This document shows, one piece after another, positions 1 to 9,988 of a stretch of DNA of 64,000 nt. The stretch comes from a virus (lineage: Duplodnaviria > Caudoviricetes), in IMG/VR virus record IMGVR_UViG_3300024272_000023. The stretch is one strand, 5' to 3'. Made by a program: the position numbers and the translations under genes. How positions within the stretch are numbered: position 1 is the stretch's first letter; every line of letters begins with the position of its first letter. The notes beneath the pieces are model-generated. The model was not told where the DNA came from. It did no database searches and worked only from the letters and a program-made list of their open reading frames with translations.

Positions 1-22
1 TAACCAACTGAGCTACGGAACC
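1..22 (-). tRNA. 5' end of a tRNA truncated by the window edge (isotype not determinable)
   Basis: Reverse complement GGTTCCGTAGCTCAGTTGGTTA = acceptor 5' strand plus canonical D-arm; same strand as two adjacent complete tRNAs. Confidence 0.75.
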
Positions 23-94
23 GTATATGACAGTTTTTTGATAGGCTCACTGACAAAACCTCTACATAAAACAGGATTAAAATGCCTGTACACA

Positions 95-170
95 TGGTGG
101 AGGATATGGGCTACGATCCCATCACCTCTTGCTTGCAGGGCAAGTGCTCTCCCGAATGAGCTAATCCCCC
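95..170 (-). tRNA. tRNA-Ala(TGC)
   Basis: GGGGGATTAGCTCA...CTTGC-CCTGCAA-GCAAG...ATCCTCCACCA; G3.U70 Ala identity pair, encoded CCA; atypical C33 and T-loop ATCGTAG. Confidence 0.9.
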
Positions 171-173
171 ATA

Positions 174-247
174 TGGCGGGAGATAGATGGATTGAACATC
201 TCTAGGCGGATTAACAGTCCGCTGCCTAACCACTAGGCTAATCTCCC
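174..247 (-). tRNA. tRNA-Asn(GTT)
   Basis: GGGAGATTAGCCTAGTGG...GCGGA-CTGTTAA-TCCGC...AGATG-TTCAATC-CATCT-ATCTCCCGCCA; G73 discriminator, encoded CCA. Confidence 0.92.
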
Positions 248-337
248 ATATTGCTCGTATATACCGACGAGCACGGTTATATCAGACCGCCTACAAGTGT
301 GCTTGGTAAGAACCAAGCCTGTAGGAGAAGTTCAAAA

Positions 338-589
338 TTAAATTACTTCACCAGTTTCCTCATCAACTTCAATCTCAATCTCAAGGTCAACATCAACTTC
401 AATTTCTTCTTCCTCGTACTCTTCATCATACGAGAAACTAAACTTCACGGGATGATCATTCAAATCTGCAAGCACTCTTGCGAGATTGTATTCTCCCTTG
501 TCTTCACAACAAACAATAATTCTGTCTCCCTCAATAGCAAGTAAACCGCTTCCCGAGACCTTGTAATTTTTCTTCATAGAATCTGCCAT
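338..589 (-). CDS. YonK-like small acidic phage protein
   Basis: Size, pattern (SMKKNYKVSGSGLL...EYNLARVLADLNDHPVKFSF) and acidic tail resemble SPbeta YonK; RBS AAGGAG. Confidence 0.55.
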   Translation of the reverse strand: MADSMKKNYKVSGSGLLAIEGDRIIVCCEDKGEYNLARVLADLNDHPVKFSFSYDEEYEEEEIEVDVDLEIEIEVDEETGEVI

Positions 590-623
590 AATCTTTTCTC
601 CTTCGTTTAATCATTTTGTTTTG

Positions 624-1292
624 TTAATCTAATAAATCAGCAAGGGCCGAAGTTTCACTTCGCTCTGCATACTTCCACTTATAACCGCCTGCCGTTTTAT
701 ATACCCAATTACAACAACTAATGACGTCAGAGTGGTCAACATGTAATTCACGTTCTATTTGTTTTGCCGACTCCCATGTTTTAATAAAAATACCATTCAA
801 ATCATATTGATTGATTGAATAACTTTTCTTTTTTATCCCTCTTTTTCGTGCTGTATCTTCAGAGTAGTCAACATTACATGCTTTTAGTATATTTTTAACA
901 GTATTTCTCGAACCATTAATCGCTTTTGCTATATCGCTAACCGTATATCCCTTGCTCCATAAATCACAGACTTCTTCATAATCCTGCTTTAAGGCACCGT
1001 CTCCGCCACGAGTCATGTTGTATCCACAGGTTTTATCAAAGCTATGATAAAAATCAATATAAAATATTTCCTTTTCATTTAAGTCTTCTAAAGCACACTC
1101 TTCAATAATCTCAAATATAAAATTATCTAATCCATATTTGCGTATCGACCGGTATAAATAACAATTATATTGCTTATCTCTCTCCTGAAAAGCTCTACTT
1201 CGATGTCTAATCCACCTATCATGAATGTCTACGCTTTTACCAATATAGCACTTTCCATTAATTTTGTTTGTAATTTTATAAATTCCAATCAT
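624..1292 (-). CDS. GIY-YIG homing endonuclease with C-terminal HTH/NUMOD1-type DNA-binding domain
   Basis: GIYKITN..N..YIGKS, R..H, GYN motifs; C-terminal QYDLNG.FIK.WES...TAGGYKW. Confidence 0.92.
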   Translation of the reverse strand: MIGIYKITNKINGKCYIGKSVDIHDRWIRHRSRAFQERDKQYNCYLYRSIRKYGLDNFIFEIIEECALEDLNEKEIFYIDFYHSFDKTCGYNMTRGGDGALKQDYEEVCDLWSKGYTVSDIAKAINGSRNTVKNILKACNVDYSEDTARKRGIKKKSYSINQYDLNGIFIKTWESAKQIERELHVDHSDVISCCNWVYKTAGGYKWKYAERSETSALADLLD

Positions 1293-1407
1293 AACTAATC
1301 TTCCTTTGTTAAAATATTTATATTAAAAGTGGTAATGTTCACCAAAGGATTAATAAACAAACAGTTTGCAACCTGCTGTCCCACTATTAATAATCATCTT
1401 ATATTAT

Positions 1408-2136
1408 TTATTCTAATGCATCTGCGTGACTAGAAATCCAGCCACGATAATTTGTGTTTAGTTCACACACAGCCGTTCTCGGATCATCCTTAAAGTGCTC
1501 CAAGTAACGAACAAATCCACTGTTTTCTGGATTATGATATAAATCAACCTGACCACTATGGCCTATAACAACTACCTTACAACTATCTGCCATTCTTGTT
1601 AAAGTCTTTTTAAGTTCGTCGCAATAGTAGTTTTGGGTTTCATCAAGAATTACAACTTTGTTTTCAAAATTACAACCTCTTAAATATACATGCGTAATTG
1701 CATCAATGTATGAAGTGCCATTCTTCTGATTCATAATATTATATTGATGAACCGCAGTACCAGGATTAATATTTAACTTCATCAACGCCTCTATCAATGG
1801 TTCGCTATATACTGCCGTCTTATCTTCAATTTCACCTGGAAGGAAACCAAGTTTTGACTCCTGAGTAGGAGATGATATATAAACAATGCCATCGTACAGC
1901 CCATACTGAACTAACAAGTTTGCCGTTGCGGTTGCGATAAACGTCTTACCAGTACCTGCTTTGGCATTACAGAACACAATCAATTTGTCTGGGTTCCAAA
2001 TTGCGTCTCTAAATGCAATTTGCTCATCGTCCAATTTAAATCCATAAAAAGGATGATCTTTAAGTGTTTTTGGCGCCTCAGTACCCGAGGCATATTTTAT
2101 ATTATAGGATTTTGCCATAAATATCGCTCCAATCAA
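1408..2136 (-). CDS. phoH: PhoH-family ATPase
   Basis: AKAGTGKT, LGFLPG, YLRG, ILDETQN, TRM..SCKVVVIG..GQVD. Confidence 0.93.
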   Translation of the reverse strand: MIGAIFMAKSYNIKYASGTEAPKTLKDHPFYGFKLDDEQIAFRDAIWNPDKLIVFCNAKAGTGKTFIATATANLLVQYGLYDGIVYISSPTQESKLGFLPGEIEDKTAVYSEPLIEALMKLNINPGTAVHQYNIMNQKNGTSYIDAITHVYLRGCNFENKVVILDETQNYYCDELKKTLTRMADSCKVVVIGHSGQVDLYHNPENSGFVRYLEHFKDDPRTAVCELNTNYRGWISSHADALE

Positions 2137-2756
2137 TAAAGAGTATCTAAATCCGTGATAATCTCGTCAATAACTCCGTACTTCAACGCATCTTCTTCAT
2201 TCATATACATATCGTCTGTCTTGAGCTTCTTAAGGAACTTATTATCAAAGTTTGTTTTAGAATTCACCTCATCGGTAACTCTCTTGCCCATGCCATCGAA
2301 GAATTTCTTTGCGCTGTTAATGTCATTCTGAGAGCCTTGATAGCAAGCCGAGCCAGCGTGGAACATCATACTTGTCATCGGAAGTGCGAATCTCTTATGT
2401 CCACAAGCAAGTAAATCTGCTGCCGCCGAATAAGCGGTGCAATAGCAACAAGTCCAAACAGGTGTCTTGCTTACCTTAATGGCACCAATAATCGAAGCGA
2501 GAACCTCTACTGAGCCACCAGGACTATCAATCATAACAAGAATTCTCTTTCTTTCCTCAACAGGTTTGCCCGCATCTTCTTTGTTACATCTAATGATGTA
2601 CTTTACAAGATCAAGAGTTGTATCGTCAATTGCCGTATCAAGCATATAAACTCTGTCTTGCTCATTCTGATAATGGTCTCTTAAACCAACATCGGGCAAC
2701 TGAAGCGTCGCTACTGACTCTGGAATTGAAAGCAATAAATTTTCAAGTTCATTCAT
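2133..2756 (-). CDS. clpP: ClpP-family serine protease
   Basis: IDSPGGSV, AYSAAA (catalytic Ser), MMFH (His), EDALKYGVIDEI. Confidence 0.88.
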   Translation of the reverse strand: MNELENLLLSIPESVATLQLPDVGLRDHYQNEQDRVYMLDTAIDDTTLDLVKYIIRCNKEDAGKPVEERKRILVMIDSPGGSVEVLASIIGAIKVSKTPVWTCCYCTAYSAAADLLACGHKRFALPMTSMMFHAGSACYQGSQNDINSAKKFFDGMGKRVTDEVNSKTNFDNKFLKKLKTDDMYMNEEDALKYGVIDEIITDLDTLY

Positions 2757-2876
2757 AAAATCTTCTCCTTTTTATTTCTGCTAAGATTTTGATATAGGAA
2801 AATACTAATCATTTTGTATTGTGTCCTATATCATTATAGCTTTTTGAAAGTCATTCCATAAACCCCTAGGTTTTTC

Positions 2877-3719
2877 CTAATCATTTTGTGGTGTGAGATT
2901 TTGTCCACGAATTTTATCTCTGCGTTTTTGTTCGGACAATCTTTTACTCTCCAAATGAGATTCTCTAGCGCATTCTTCACAGTATTTTCTAGGTTTGGTC
3001 TTGCCTTGCCTCATCAATCTATCACACTTTTGACATCTAGCATATCCCTGGTCATCATTCTTCCACGATAAATAAATATATGCCAACTCCAAATAATCAA
3101 TTTCCTTGAGTTCAAAAACAATCTCATCATCTAAATTATGTGAAACAAAATCGACAATCTGAATGGTGGATACTGGGCTTGTATTATGTTGCAAAACGCC
3201 TTTATCATACAAATTAGCATAAAAATACTCGAAATTTACACGATTCATATTAATACGAGCCATATTCTTAATTTCACTAAGTTTCAAATATACCATATCA
3301 TTGTCTTCACCAGACACCTCATTGTGATACTTGGCTAAAGCAAGAAGAACAAATGCGATTTTCTCTAACTTAATATCATCAAGACTGACAATAAAGTCAA
3401 GCTCTGACTTCGTAATATAAATATGATCAACGCGCTTCAAACCAACTTTCTTAGCACTATTAATCGCCTTATTAACAAACTCGTAGATATCAAAGTCCGT
3501 CAACCCAATAGTACTTTTGGAGGTGACGAAATCAACGATGTCATTATAGTTCTTCTTGTCGGTTAAATTTTTTATAAAATAATTGTAACGCGCCCTTTTA
3601 TAAATTGTTCTACCTATATGGTCTTCTTCAAGAATTCCAGACTCAACATACGATATCAAATCTCTTCTTTCATCAAAACAAACACCTTTAAACTTCATCT
3701 TCATCACCTCCAGTAACAT
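2877..3719 (-). CDS. hypothetical protein with C-terminal zinc finger, coupled to the RNAP gene
   Basis: 280 aa ORF overlapping the RNAP stop; CQKC...YCEEC. Confidence 0.7.
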   Translation of the reverse strand: MLLEVMKMKFKGVCFDERRDLISYVESGILEEDHIGRTIYKRARYNYFIKNLTDKKNYNDIVDFVTSKSTIGLTDFDIYEFVNKAINSAKKVGLKRVDHIYITKSELDFIVSLDDIKLEKIAFVLLALAKYHNEVSGEDNDMVYLKLSEIKNMARINMNRVNFEYFYANLYDKGVLQHNTSPVSTIQIVDFVSHNLDDEIVFELKEIDYLELAYIYLSWKNDDQGYARCQKCDRLMRQGKTKPRKYCEECARESHLESKRLSEQKRRDKIRGQNLTPQND

Positions 3720-6501
3720 ATTCTCTCATTAAATATTTCTTACCCTGAACTTCAAAATCGCCATTAGAATCTACAATAGGATAATATAAAGTATTTTCGC
3801 TTGACAGTCTTTTAATAATAGTCTCGCCACAAACATTCCACAAGATTTCCTTATTACCATTATACTTATAGCAATAATCTAAAAGTAGGTCGCAAAGTTG
3901 CTCTTCATTATTGCAAACCTCACCAAGAATATCAGCAAGGTCATAATCAACATTAGAATATTCTTCATCGTACTGAGCTTCTTCTTTGTTTAATAAGAAA
4001 CCTATAACACACTTAATTGCTTTCTTTTTTTCAGATTTCTTACATAATTTTGTGATTTTATCTAGAAGGACAGGACTGCACTCCTCACTACTACGCACCA
4101 AAGCATATAAATCCGCCTTGTTTGATACAAAGGTCGTTTTACCATCAAATATATCCTCAATCTCCCAACAAATCATGTTACAGGTTGACTTAGAACTATC
4201 CAAATTTAAACTATGTAAGAATCTTTCCACGAAAATTCTTTGTTCTTCCGGCAAGAACTCATTGTTATCATACGCCGCAAGCATTTCGTTCAATTCCATC
4301 CTAAATTTCTGACGAGCATTAGTAATTGCACGATTTGTAGTCTCCCTGTATTCTTTCATCATCGAAGAGTAGTTATATCCAAAGAAATACGGCTTTTTGT
4401 GAGCACATATCTTCTCGTAAAACTTCATTTTGTCATTATATTCATCTGTATATTCATCACTCTGATTGCATTCGCTTAAAATATACCAAGACTTCTGCAT
4501 AGGATATGTTTTAATGCCCTTAGCCTTGTCAATCTCAGCCTGCTGAACAGCCTGCATACATTGAGTTCTATATTTAAGAACCTTATACTCCTCATCATCT
4601 TCAGAGTAATTTGCCATCAGGGATGTCATCGACGTACACCTATTGGTTATCTGTCCAATCTTTGAGCCAAACCCATTCAAATTAGACTGAATAAGATTCT
4701 CCTCTGTGATAACTTCCTTTTTTGCATTATGCTGAATACATCTCAGTGCAGGTAAATTAGTTTGCCTACACATCAATGCTTCGTTGTCGGTGGTAAAAAG
4801 TAGGTCTCCGTCGTAATCAAAGCCGTTCAACGCTGCCGGCATAGTATCCCACGCATTAACAATTGCGATACTTTCCATATATTTAAACCACTCTTGTGCG
4901 ACTTCATCATTACAAATCTTTTGTCTAACAATGGAGTGCTCGTTGCTCATAGGCGCTCGATAGCACAAAACTTCCTCAACATTACGGTCCAGCCAAAATT
5001 TACTATATATCTCACCTGGTTTTAATAAGCCAGTTACTGGCAAACCAAATATACTTTGTGCCAACGCATATAAGTCTCCACTCAGAATCTGGAAATTGCC
5101 TCTCACATCCAATACACCAATTTTTGCATCTGTAATACGTCTTTTAATCATGCGGTGAATTCTATTTGATATATAATCATCTCCAACCAACGCAGGGTTT
5201 AACATAATTGCGCGGGCCACAACATCTGAATAAGCCACATTGTCATCATTTAGCTTACTTCCACACAAATAAACTAATGTTTTTCTGTAATCTCCGCCTA
5301 AAATATCGACAATTTCATCAACCGTAGGCTTAATAAGATCCTTAACATCCTCTCGTGTAAGCTTCAAAGGAGCAATAAACTGATAATTTAACTGTCTTAC
5401 TTCATCCATTTCCTCATAGTTAGCAGCAGTCTTAGCCACACGGAAAGTGTATTTATTTTCAATGCAAGACTCATAATAATGCTCCCAAGAGTTGTAACTT
5501 TTCCAAAGTTTTAACTGTGATTCAGTGATAATCAACTGTGCATCGCGCACATCTCTTTTATCGCCCCAAACATCCTCAATTAAATACAAATCTGAGTGTT
5601 CATCAGATGCTCCATTAACCACTTCTGCGAACTTTACAATATCAAATGGAAACACCATACCTTTTGTAAAAGCATTTCTCAAATTACATCCACATAACGG
5701 TCTGTCATAATCTCCAGTGAGCTCTCCGTTCCATCTTTTGGCGAGCTCTATTGTCATAATGCCACAGCCGTCGTTGGCATTATTTTCAAACTCTTGGTCC
5801 TTTTTGAGCTCAACAGTTGGCTCACAAGGGTAGTTGCTGTCATCTACATCAATAAAATCTGCTAAAAACTTTGTAATAACATCTCTTACTACGATTGTTC
5901 CTCCAGGAATTTTCGACTCACCGTCCATCGGCCAACTCACAACGTTGGAGCCAGACGCCGATAAAGCCTCATACGCAGAATATTTAGCCGGTACCAACGG
6001 TACATCCCAATTGTGATTGTTAGCAAGACGTTTTTTAAGCTCTTCATGAACTCTTTCACTAACATACACAACAGTAGACATCTTTACGCCTCCGACGGTA
6101 CAAAGAAGTCGTTTATATTTGATACCATTGATGCTAAAACCCTTATTTGCCCTCATATAGTGAGAATTGTTCTTCATAACAACACTCACATAGTCTTCTC
6201 GGAACTGAAGTCTATACAATTCCTTGTACAACTCAGAGATTTTTGCTCTATTATCTGCATTAACCTCTTGTTTTTTTAAAAATTTGATCTGCCTCTTAAC
6301 TTCTCTCGCTTTGATATCATAGTCCTGCGTGCCGTTCATCTCATTAATCCATGATAAAATTTGCGAATCTGCTAAAGCGACCACAACTCCGTCCATCTTA
6401 CGCGCCTGCTCAAGAGGCAATTTTAAATCCCAATGCTTCAATTCAAGCAATGATGAATCTAATTTATATATATACTGTTGTAATTTTTGCTGTTTGCTCA
6501 A
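3688..6501 (-). CDS. yonO: YonO-like single-subunit (RdRP-like fold) DNA-dependent RNA polymerase
   Basis: 937 aa; NDGCG, YRAP, catalytic FDYDGD, IG.ITN, EIDKAKG motifs typical of the YonO/cellular RdRP family. Confidence 0.85.
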   Translation of the reverse strand: MSKQQKLQQYIYKLDSSLLELKHWDLKLPLEQARKMDGVVVALADSQILSWINEMNGTQDYDIKAREVKRQIKFLKKQEVNADNRAKISELYKELYRLQFREDYVSVVMKNNSHYMRANKGFSINGIKYKRLLCTVGGVKMSTVVYVSERVHEELKKRLANNHNWDVPLVPAKYSAYEALSASGSNVVSWPMDGESKIPGGTIVVRDVITKFLADFIDVDDSNYPCEPTVELKKDQEFENNANDGCGIMTIELAKRWNGELTGDYDRPLCGCNLRNAFTKGMVFPFDIVKFAEVVNGASDEHSDLYLIEDVWGDKRDVRDAQLIITESQLKLWKSYNSWEHYYESCIENKYTFRVAKTAANYEEMDEVRQLNYQFIAPLKLTREDVKDLIKPTVDEIVDILGGDYRKTLVYLCGSKLNDDNVAYSDVVARAIMLNPALVGDDYISNRIHRMIKRRITDAKIGVLDVRGNFQILSGDLYALAQSIFGLPVTGLLKPGEIYSKFWLDRNVEEVLCYRAPMSNEHSIVRQKICNDEVAQEWFKYMESIAIVNAWDTMPAALNGFDYDGDLLFTTDNEALMCRQTNLPALRCIQHNAKKEVITEENLIQSNLNGFGSKIGQITNRCTSMTSLMANYSEDDEEYKVLKYRTQCMQAVQQAEIDKAKGIKTYPMQKSWYILSECNQSDEYTDEYNDKMKFYEKICAHKKPYFFGYNYSSMMKEYRETTNRAITNARQKFRMELNEMLAAYDNNEFLPEEQRIFVERFLHSLNLDSSKSTCNMICWEIEDIFDGKTTFVSNKADLYALVRSSEECSPVLLDKITKLCKKSEKKKAIKCVIGFLLNKEEAQYDEEYSNVDYDLADILGEVCNNEEQLCDLLLDYCYKYNGNKEILWNVCGETIIKRLSSENTLYYPIVDSNGDFEVQGKKYLMREYVTGGDEDEV

Positions 6502-6617
6502 CGCCCATCACCGCCTTAATTATTCTATACTATTTGCACCAATATGCAATGCAAAAGTGCAATTTTTGCACCTTAAAAACTATTGAAAAGTGCAAATAAT
6601 CATTTTGTATCGTAATT

Positions 6618-6645
6618 ATTATACCAAAACAACGACTAATGTCAA
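6618..6645 (-). promoter_or_regulatory. sigma-A-type promoter of the RNAP gene
   Basis: TTGACA-N16-TATAAT on the minus strand, followed by an ACAAAATGAT copy at 6599-6608. Confidence 0.75.
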
Positions 6646-6737
6646 TTATCTGTCCTACCAGCAACTAAAATAGCTGTTATAAACACACCTAAAATACTAC
6701 CACACACAAGGCCAACACCTAATCCAATCCAAAACAT
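6642..6737 (-). CDS. small single-TM peptide (31 aa, not in ORF track)
   Basis: MFWIGLGVGLVCGSILGVFITAILVAGRTDN*; start overlaps the upstream stop, GGAGG upstream. Confidence 0.6.
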   Translation of the reverse strand: MFWIGLGVGLVCGSILGVFITAILVAGRTDN

Positions 6738-7048
6738 TATTCTTCCTCCTCGTCATCATCGCCGAGTAGGTTTCCAAGTTGTTTCTCCGACATTTGCTTT
6801 TTCTCGGCATTTCTGATAGTAATTGCTCTTGCCGGCGCCTCAAAAGCACCGCCACAAACCTGTCCGTCCTCGTAAACGAACTCTGCAGTCTGTGTCCAAC
6901 CTTGCTTTTTGGCTTTGTTAAAATGCTTCGGTACGGTAGAATCCATACGCCAAACCTTATCTATGTTATCATAAACTAAAATAGTCTCTCTTTCCTCCGC
7001 AGAAAGCCTTGTAGTTACTTTAATTGTCTCCATAGTCATCCTCCTCAA
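6737..7048 (-). CDS. hypothetical protein
   Basis: ORF in a tightly coupled operon, acidic tail. Confidence 0.7.
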   Translation of the reverse strand: MRRMTMETIKVTTRLSAEERETILVYDNIDKVWRMDSTVPKHFNKAKKQGWTQTAEFVYEDGQVCGGAFEAPARAITIRNAEKKQMSEKQLGNLLGDDDEEEE

Positions 7049-7796
7049 TTACAATCACATTGCATAAGCCGCTATAAGCCGTACACGCATCAATAGCCAC
7101 AATTCCGTCATCTATAAATGGTGAAAATGACTCTTTCCAATCCTTACGGCATTTATTAGGCCACTCTTTTCGCTCTTGTCTAATATGAGACCAGCCCCAC
7201 GAGCAGTGCCAATGCCCACAAACCACCGTCTTGCCAGGAACTCTGCATACTGGATTTTTCCACTTTTCCATACCGTTTGCCCAGCGGGCACGCTCCCAAT
7301 CTTCGCTAGTGCCATCTCTAAAGTCCGTCAACAAAGGCACCCAGCCGTGTACAAGCACAAAATCACCGATTTCCGCATAATCTACGCAATTGTCGGAGAT
7401 AAAACCCAAAATAGGCTGCATAGTTTCACAAATCTTGTCTCGCCACGTAGGATCGTAAACAATCCATTCACTTTGTCCACATAACATACATATAGTTTTT
7501 ACGGTACCGTTTGAAAAATGGTGACCGCTAGGCACCCGACCTCTATAAATTTCCGACATACAATCAAACAAAAGACTTTCATGATTGCCAGCTACATAAA
7601 CCAGTCTATCCTGAGCCTGAAGTTCCTTAACAAACTCAAAAAGCTGTCTCGATTGATCTCCGCGATCAAAAAGATCGCCACAAACGCACAAAATGTGGTC
7701 TGGATTATCCTTTTCGAAGCCTTTTTCATTCAAAGCAACCGTCAATTCATCCAAAAAACTATGGACATCTGAGGTCACAAAGTACTTTTTACTCAT
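7020..7796 (-). CDS. calcineurin-like metallophosphoesterase
   Basis: SDVH, GDLFDRG, GNHE, VHG, GHWH motifs. Confidence 0.92.
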   Translation of the reverse strand: MSKKYFVTSDVHSFLDELTVALNEKGFEKDNPDHILCVCGDLFDRGDQSRQLFEFVKELQAQDRLVYVAGNHESLLFDCMSEIYRGRVPSGHHFSNGTVKTICMLCGQSEWIVYDPTWRDKICETMQPILGFISDNCVDYAEIGDFVLVHGWVPLLTDFRDGTSEDWERARWANGMEKWKNPVCRVPGKTVVCGHWHCSWGWSHIRQERKEWPNKCRKDWKESFSPFIDDGIVAIDACTAYSGLCNVIVIEEDDYGDN

Positions 7797-8172
7797 CTTT
7801 CTTCTCCTTTAACACTCTCGGTATATACTTCCTATCCTTGTGGTAGTTCTCTGCCTTCCTAACATCTCCGAGCACTTTAGTCATCAAATTTAGCACCTTT
7901 TTGTGTTGTGGATCTTCAAAAAACTTCACAATTGGTTCAAATTCCTCGATTCTGTCCTTATAATAACGCCTATCCTTGCGATTAATCATCAATTTTGTGG
8001 CAATTTTACTACGTTCATCTCGCTTCAGACCGTCAAGTTCAAGGCTATGCAGGTAATCTTGCGTCAATTTTTCTTGAATTTCTGCCTCTTCAGAGCAAAA
8101 TCTATACTGTGACTGAGCCTCGGCAACAAAATTCAAGAACTCTGTTATATATTCTGACGGCTTCTTGTCCAT
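7789..8172 (-). CDS. hypothetical protein
   Basis: First gene after the promoter at 8206-8234, AGGAG RBS. Confidence 0.7.
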   Translation of the reverse strand: MDKKPSEYITEFLNFVAEAQSQYRFCSEEAEIQEKLTQDYLHSLELDGLKRDERSKIATKLMINRKDRRYYKDRIEEFEPIVKFFEDPQHKKVLNLMTKVLGDVRKAENYHKDRKYIPRVLKEKKDE

Positions 8173-8205
8173 CTTATCAACTCCTAATCATTTTGTAGTG
8201 TAATT

Positions 8206-8267
8206 AGTATAGCATATTTTCAAATAAATGTCAATATACTTATAAAATCATTTACAATTTATTTACA
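8206..8267 (-). promoter_or_regulatory. sigma-A promoter with upstream TGTAAA-N5-TGTAAA box
   Basis: TGTAAA-N5-TGTAAA-N16-TTGACA-N17-TATACT, then ACAAAATGAT at 8187-8196. Confidence 0.8.
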
Positions 8268-8389
8268 ATTTTATTACTAAGTAATTATCCGTTTTAAGGC
8301 ACTTAGGCTCTAGGGGTATTCTCGGTCACAGGAGAGTACCCCAAGTCGAGTTTTGCCTAAGTAGTTGCGAGTTTTTGAGGTAAAAATAG

Positions 8390-9151
8390 CTATTTATCCT
8401 TCTGTTTCTCTTGATGTTCTTTAATTGGAGTTATAGGGTCTCCAAACTCTTTACGAATCAGATAACAATCTTCACATACAAAATGATATCCTGTACCTTT
8501 GCCACGTAGAATTTCATATGTATAGCGTGGTCTATCCATTTCTTTACGACAGTCTTCGCATAAAAACCTAATATCTAGCTCCCCTGTGGTATAATCCTTG
8601 AGATAAAATTTTAAATTATCAAATATCATATTAATTCTCCTTTTCTGTGGGCGATTTAGGGAGAGGCATCCAGTGGGTGACCCTTTCTAGAACCCATAAT
8701 CCACTTCCTTGATCGAAAATATGCCACTCATTTCTAGCATTTAAATACGCACAATAAATGTTATTGTTGTCTGGGCAGTAAATAAGCACGGCTGTAAATA
8801 ACTCTTCCGGCAACCTATCCTCGACGCTAATCCATTCATAAGGATTAATAGTGGGTGCATTGTCTATAATGTTTGTAACTTCACAACATACATCTGACGA
8901 GCAATACGGACGTAGAGCCGTCCATAAATGAAGTTTATCTGCATCAATTAGCCTCATCACTTATTCTCCTTTACTTCAAATCCAAAGCACCACTTAATCA
9001 TCTTCTTCTGGAACCAGTTGAATTTCTTGTCAACATTAATAGCCATAGAATATCCGTCGTCACCTATACAAATAGTTGAGATGGGCAATTTGGGTCTACC
9101 AATGGCATACTCGGGTTCATAACCTTTGAATGTATAATTCTTATCTTCCAT
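8390..9151 (-). other. three small phage ORFs (8390-8629; 8631-8960 DUF551-like; 8957-9151)
   Basis: Coupled ORFs with AAGGAG RBS; middle ORF has EWISVEDRLP...VTHWMPLP. Confidence 0.7.
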
Positions 9152-9163
9152 AATTAGTTCTCC

Positions 9164-9988
9164 TTATACATATCTTTCTACATATTCTCTATCCTGAGTA
9201 AAAATAGGAATCTCTTTATCGAGCGTCCAACGAGTTCTTACTGATGTTGCGTCAATGGGACAATCTTCACAGCCAAGAGCAACCTCAGGATAGTACTCCT
9301 CTTTGATACAGCACACGCCACGCTTAAACTCTGTCGGCATATCGTTAAAATTGATGCCCTTCTGAGTCATCAGCATATCCTGAATGTCATTACAAGACTT
9401 ACCATGAAGCTCCTTGTGAGAGAAGTTGCATTGACCGAGCATCTGAATAGCGTTGCGAGTAGCATCTTGTTGACGCCAAATAAAGCAGTTGGTTACTTCT
9501 TCCTTGGGAATGTTGAAGCAGCGAGAGTCGAACATAGCTTTATTTAACTTGCTAAATAGAGTGTCAAAATAAGGATTGATAGTAGGATCTTCCTCTTCAA
9601 ACATCTTATTATGATACTGCTCTGAAAAAACATCGTTAAAGACCATAGTCGCCATACTTGCCGACACACTACACATTTTCTGCACGTTGTAACCGAACCA
9701 AGCGTCAGTATCAAGAGTATCGTAGTCGGTGAGGAGCAGAGTGATCTCGTCAGACTGAGTGTAACCCAGCTTGCAACCCTGGATGTTCTCGCAGAGGTAC
9801 TTCATCGTTGCGTTCATAGTATTGTGGAAAATTTCGTCGTAGGGCTTCTTTAAGCCCTTGGTGAAGGTGTGGAAGGCCTTGCCGTCGAGTCTGATAATGA
9901 CCGGCATACGGCGTACTAGGTAGGTTTTGGCACGATTCTCGTAGTTTTCTTTCATACGGTCGCCAAGTGAATCTCTGTTATTACTCAT
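9164..9988 (-). CDS. tRNA-His guanylyltransferase Thg1-like protein (3'-5' polymerase)
   Basis: RMK.YE, IIRLDGKAFH.FT, YTQSDEI, FDSR, WRQQDA.RN, FKRG. Confidence 0.93.
   Translation of the reverse strand: MSNNRDSLGDRMKENYENRAKTYLVRRMPVIIRLDGKAFHTFTKGLKKPYDEIFHNTMNATMKYLCENIQGCKLGYTQSDEITLLLTDYDTLDTDAWFGYNVQKMCSVSASMATMVFNDVFSEQYHNKMFEEEDPTINPYFDTLFSKLNKAMFDSRCFNIPKEEVTNCFIWRQQDATRNAIQMLGQCNFSHKELHGKSCNDIQDMLMTQKGINFNDMPTEFKRGVCCIKEEYYPEVALGCEDCPIDATSVRTRWTLDKEIPIFTQDREYVERYV

Noticed and set aside
624-1292. Group I intron around the GIY-YIG gene
   Set aside because: Flanking phoH and YonK-like genes appear intact and the flanks are too short for an intron core; treated as a free-standing endonuclease.
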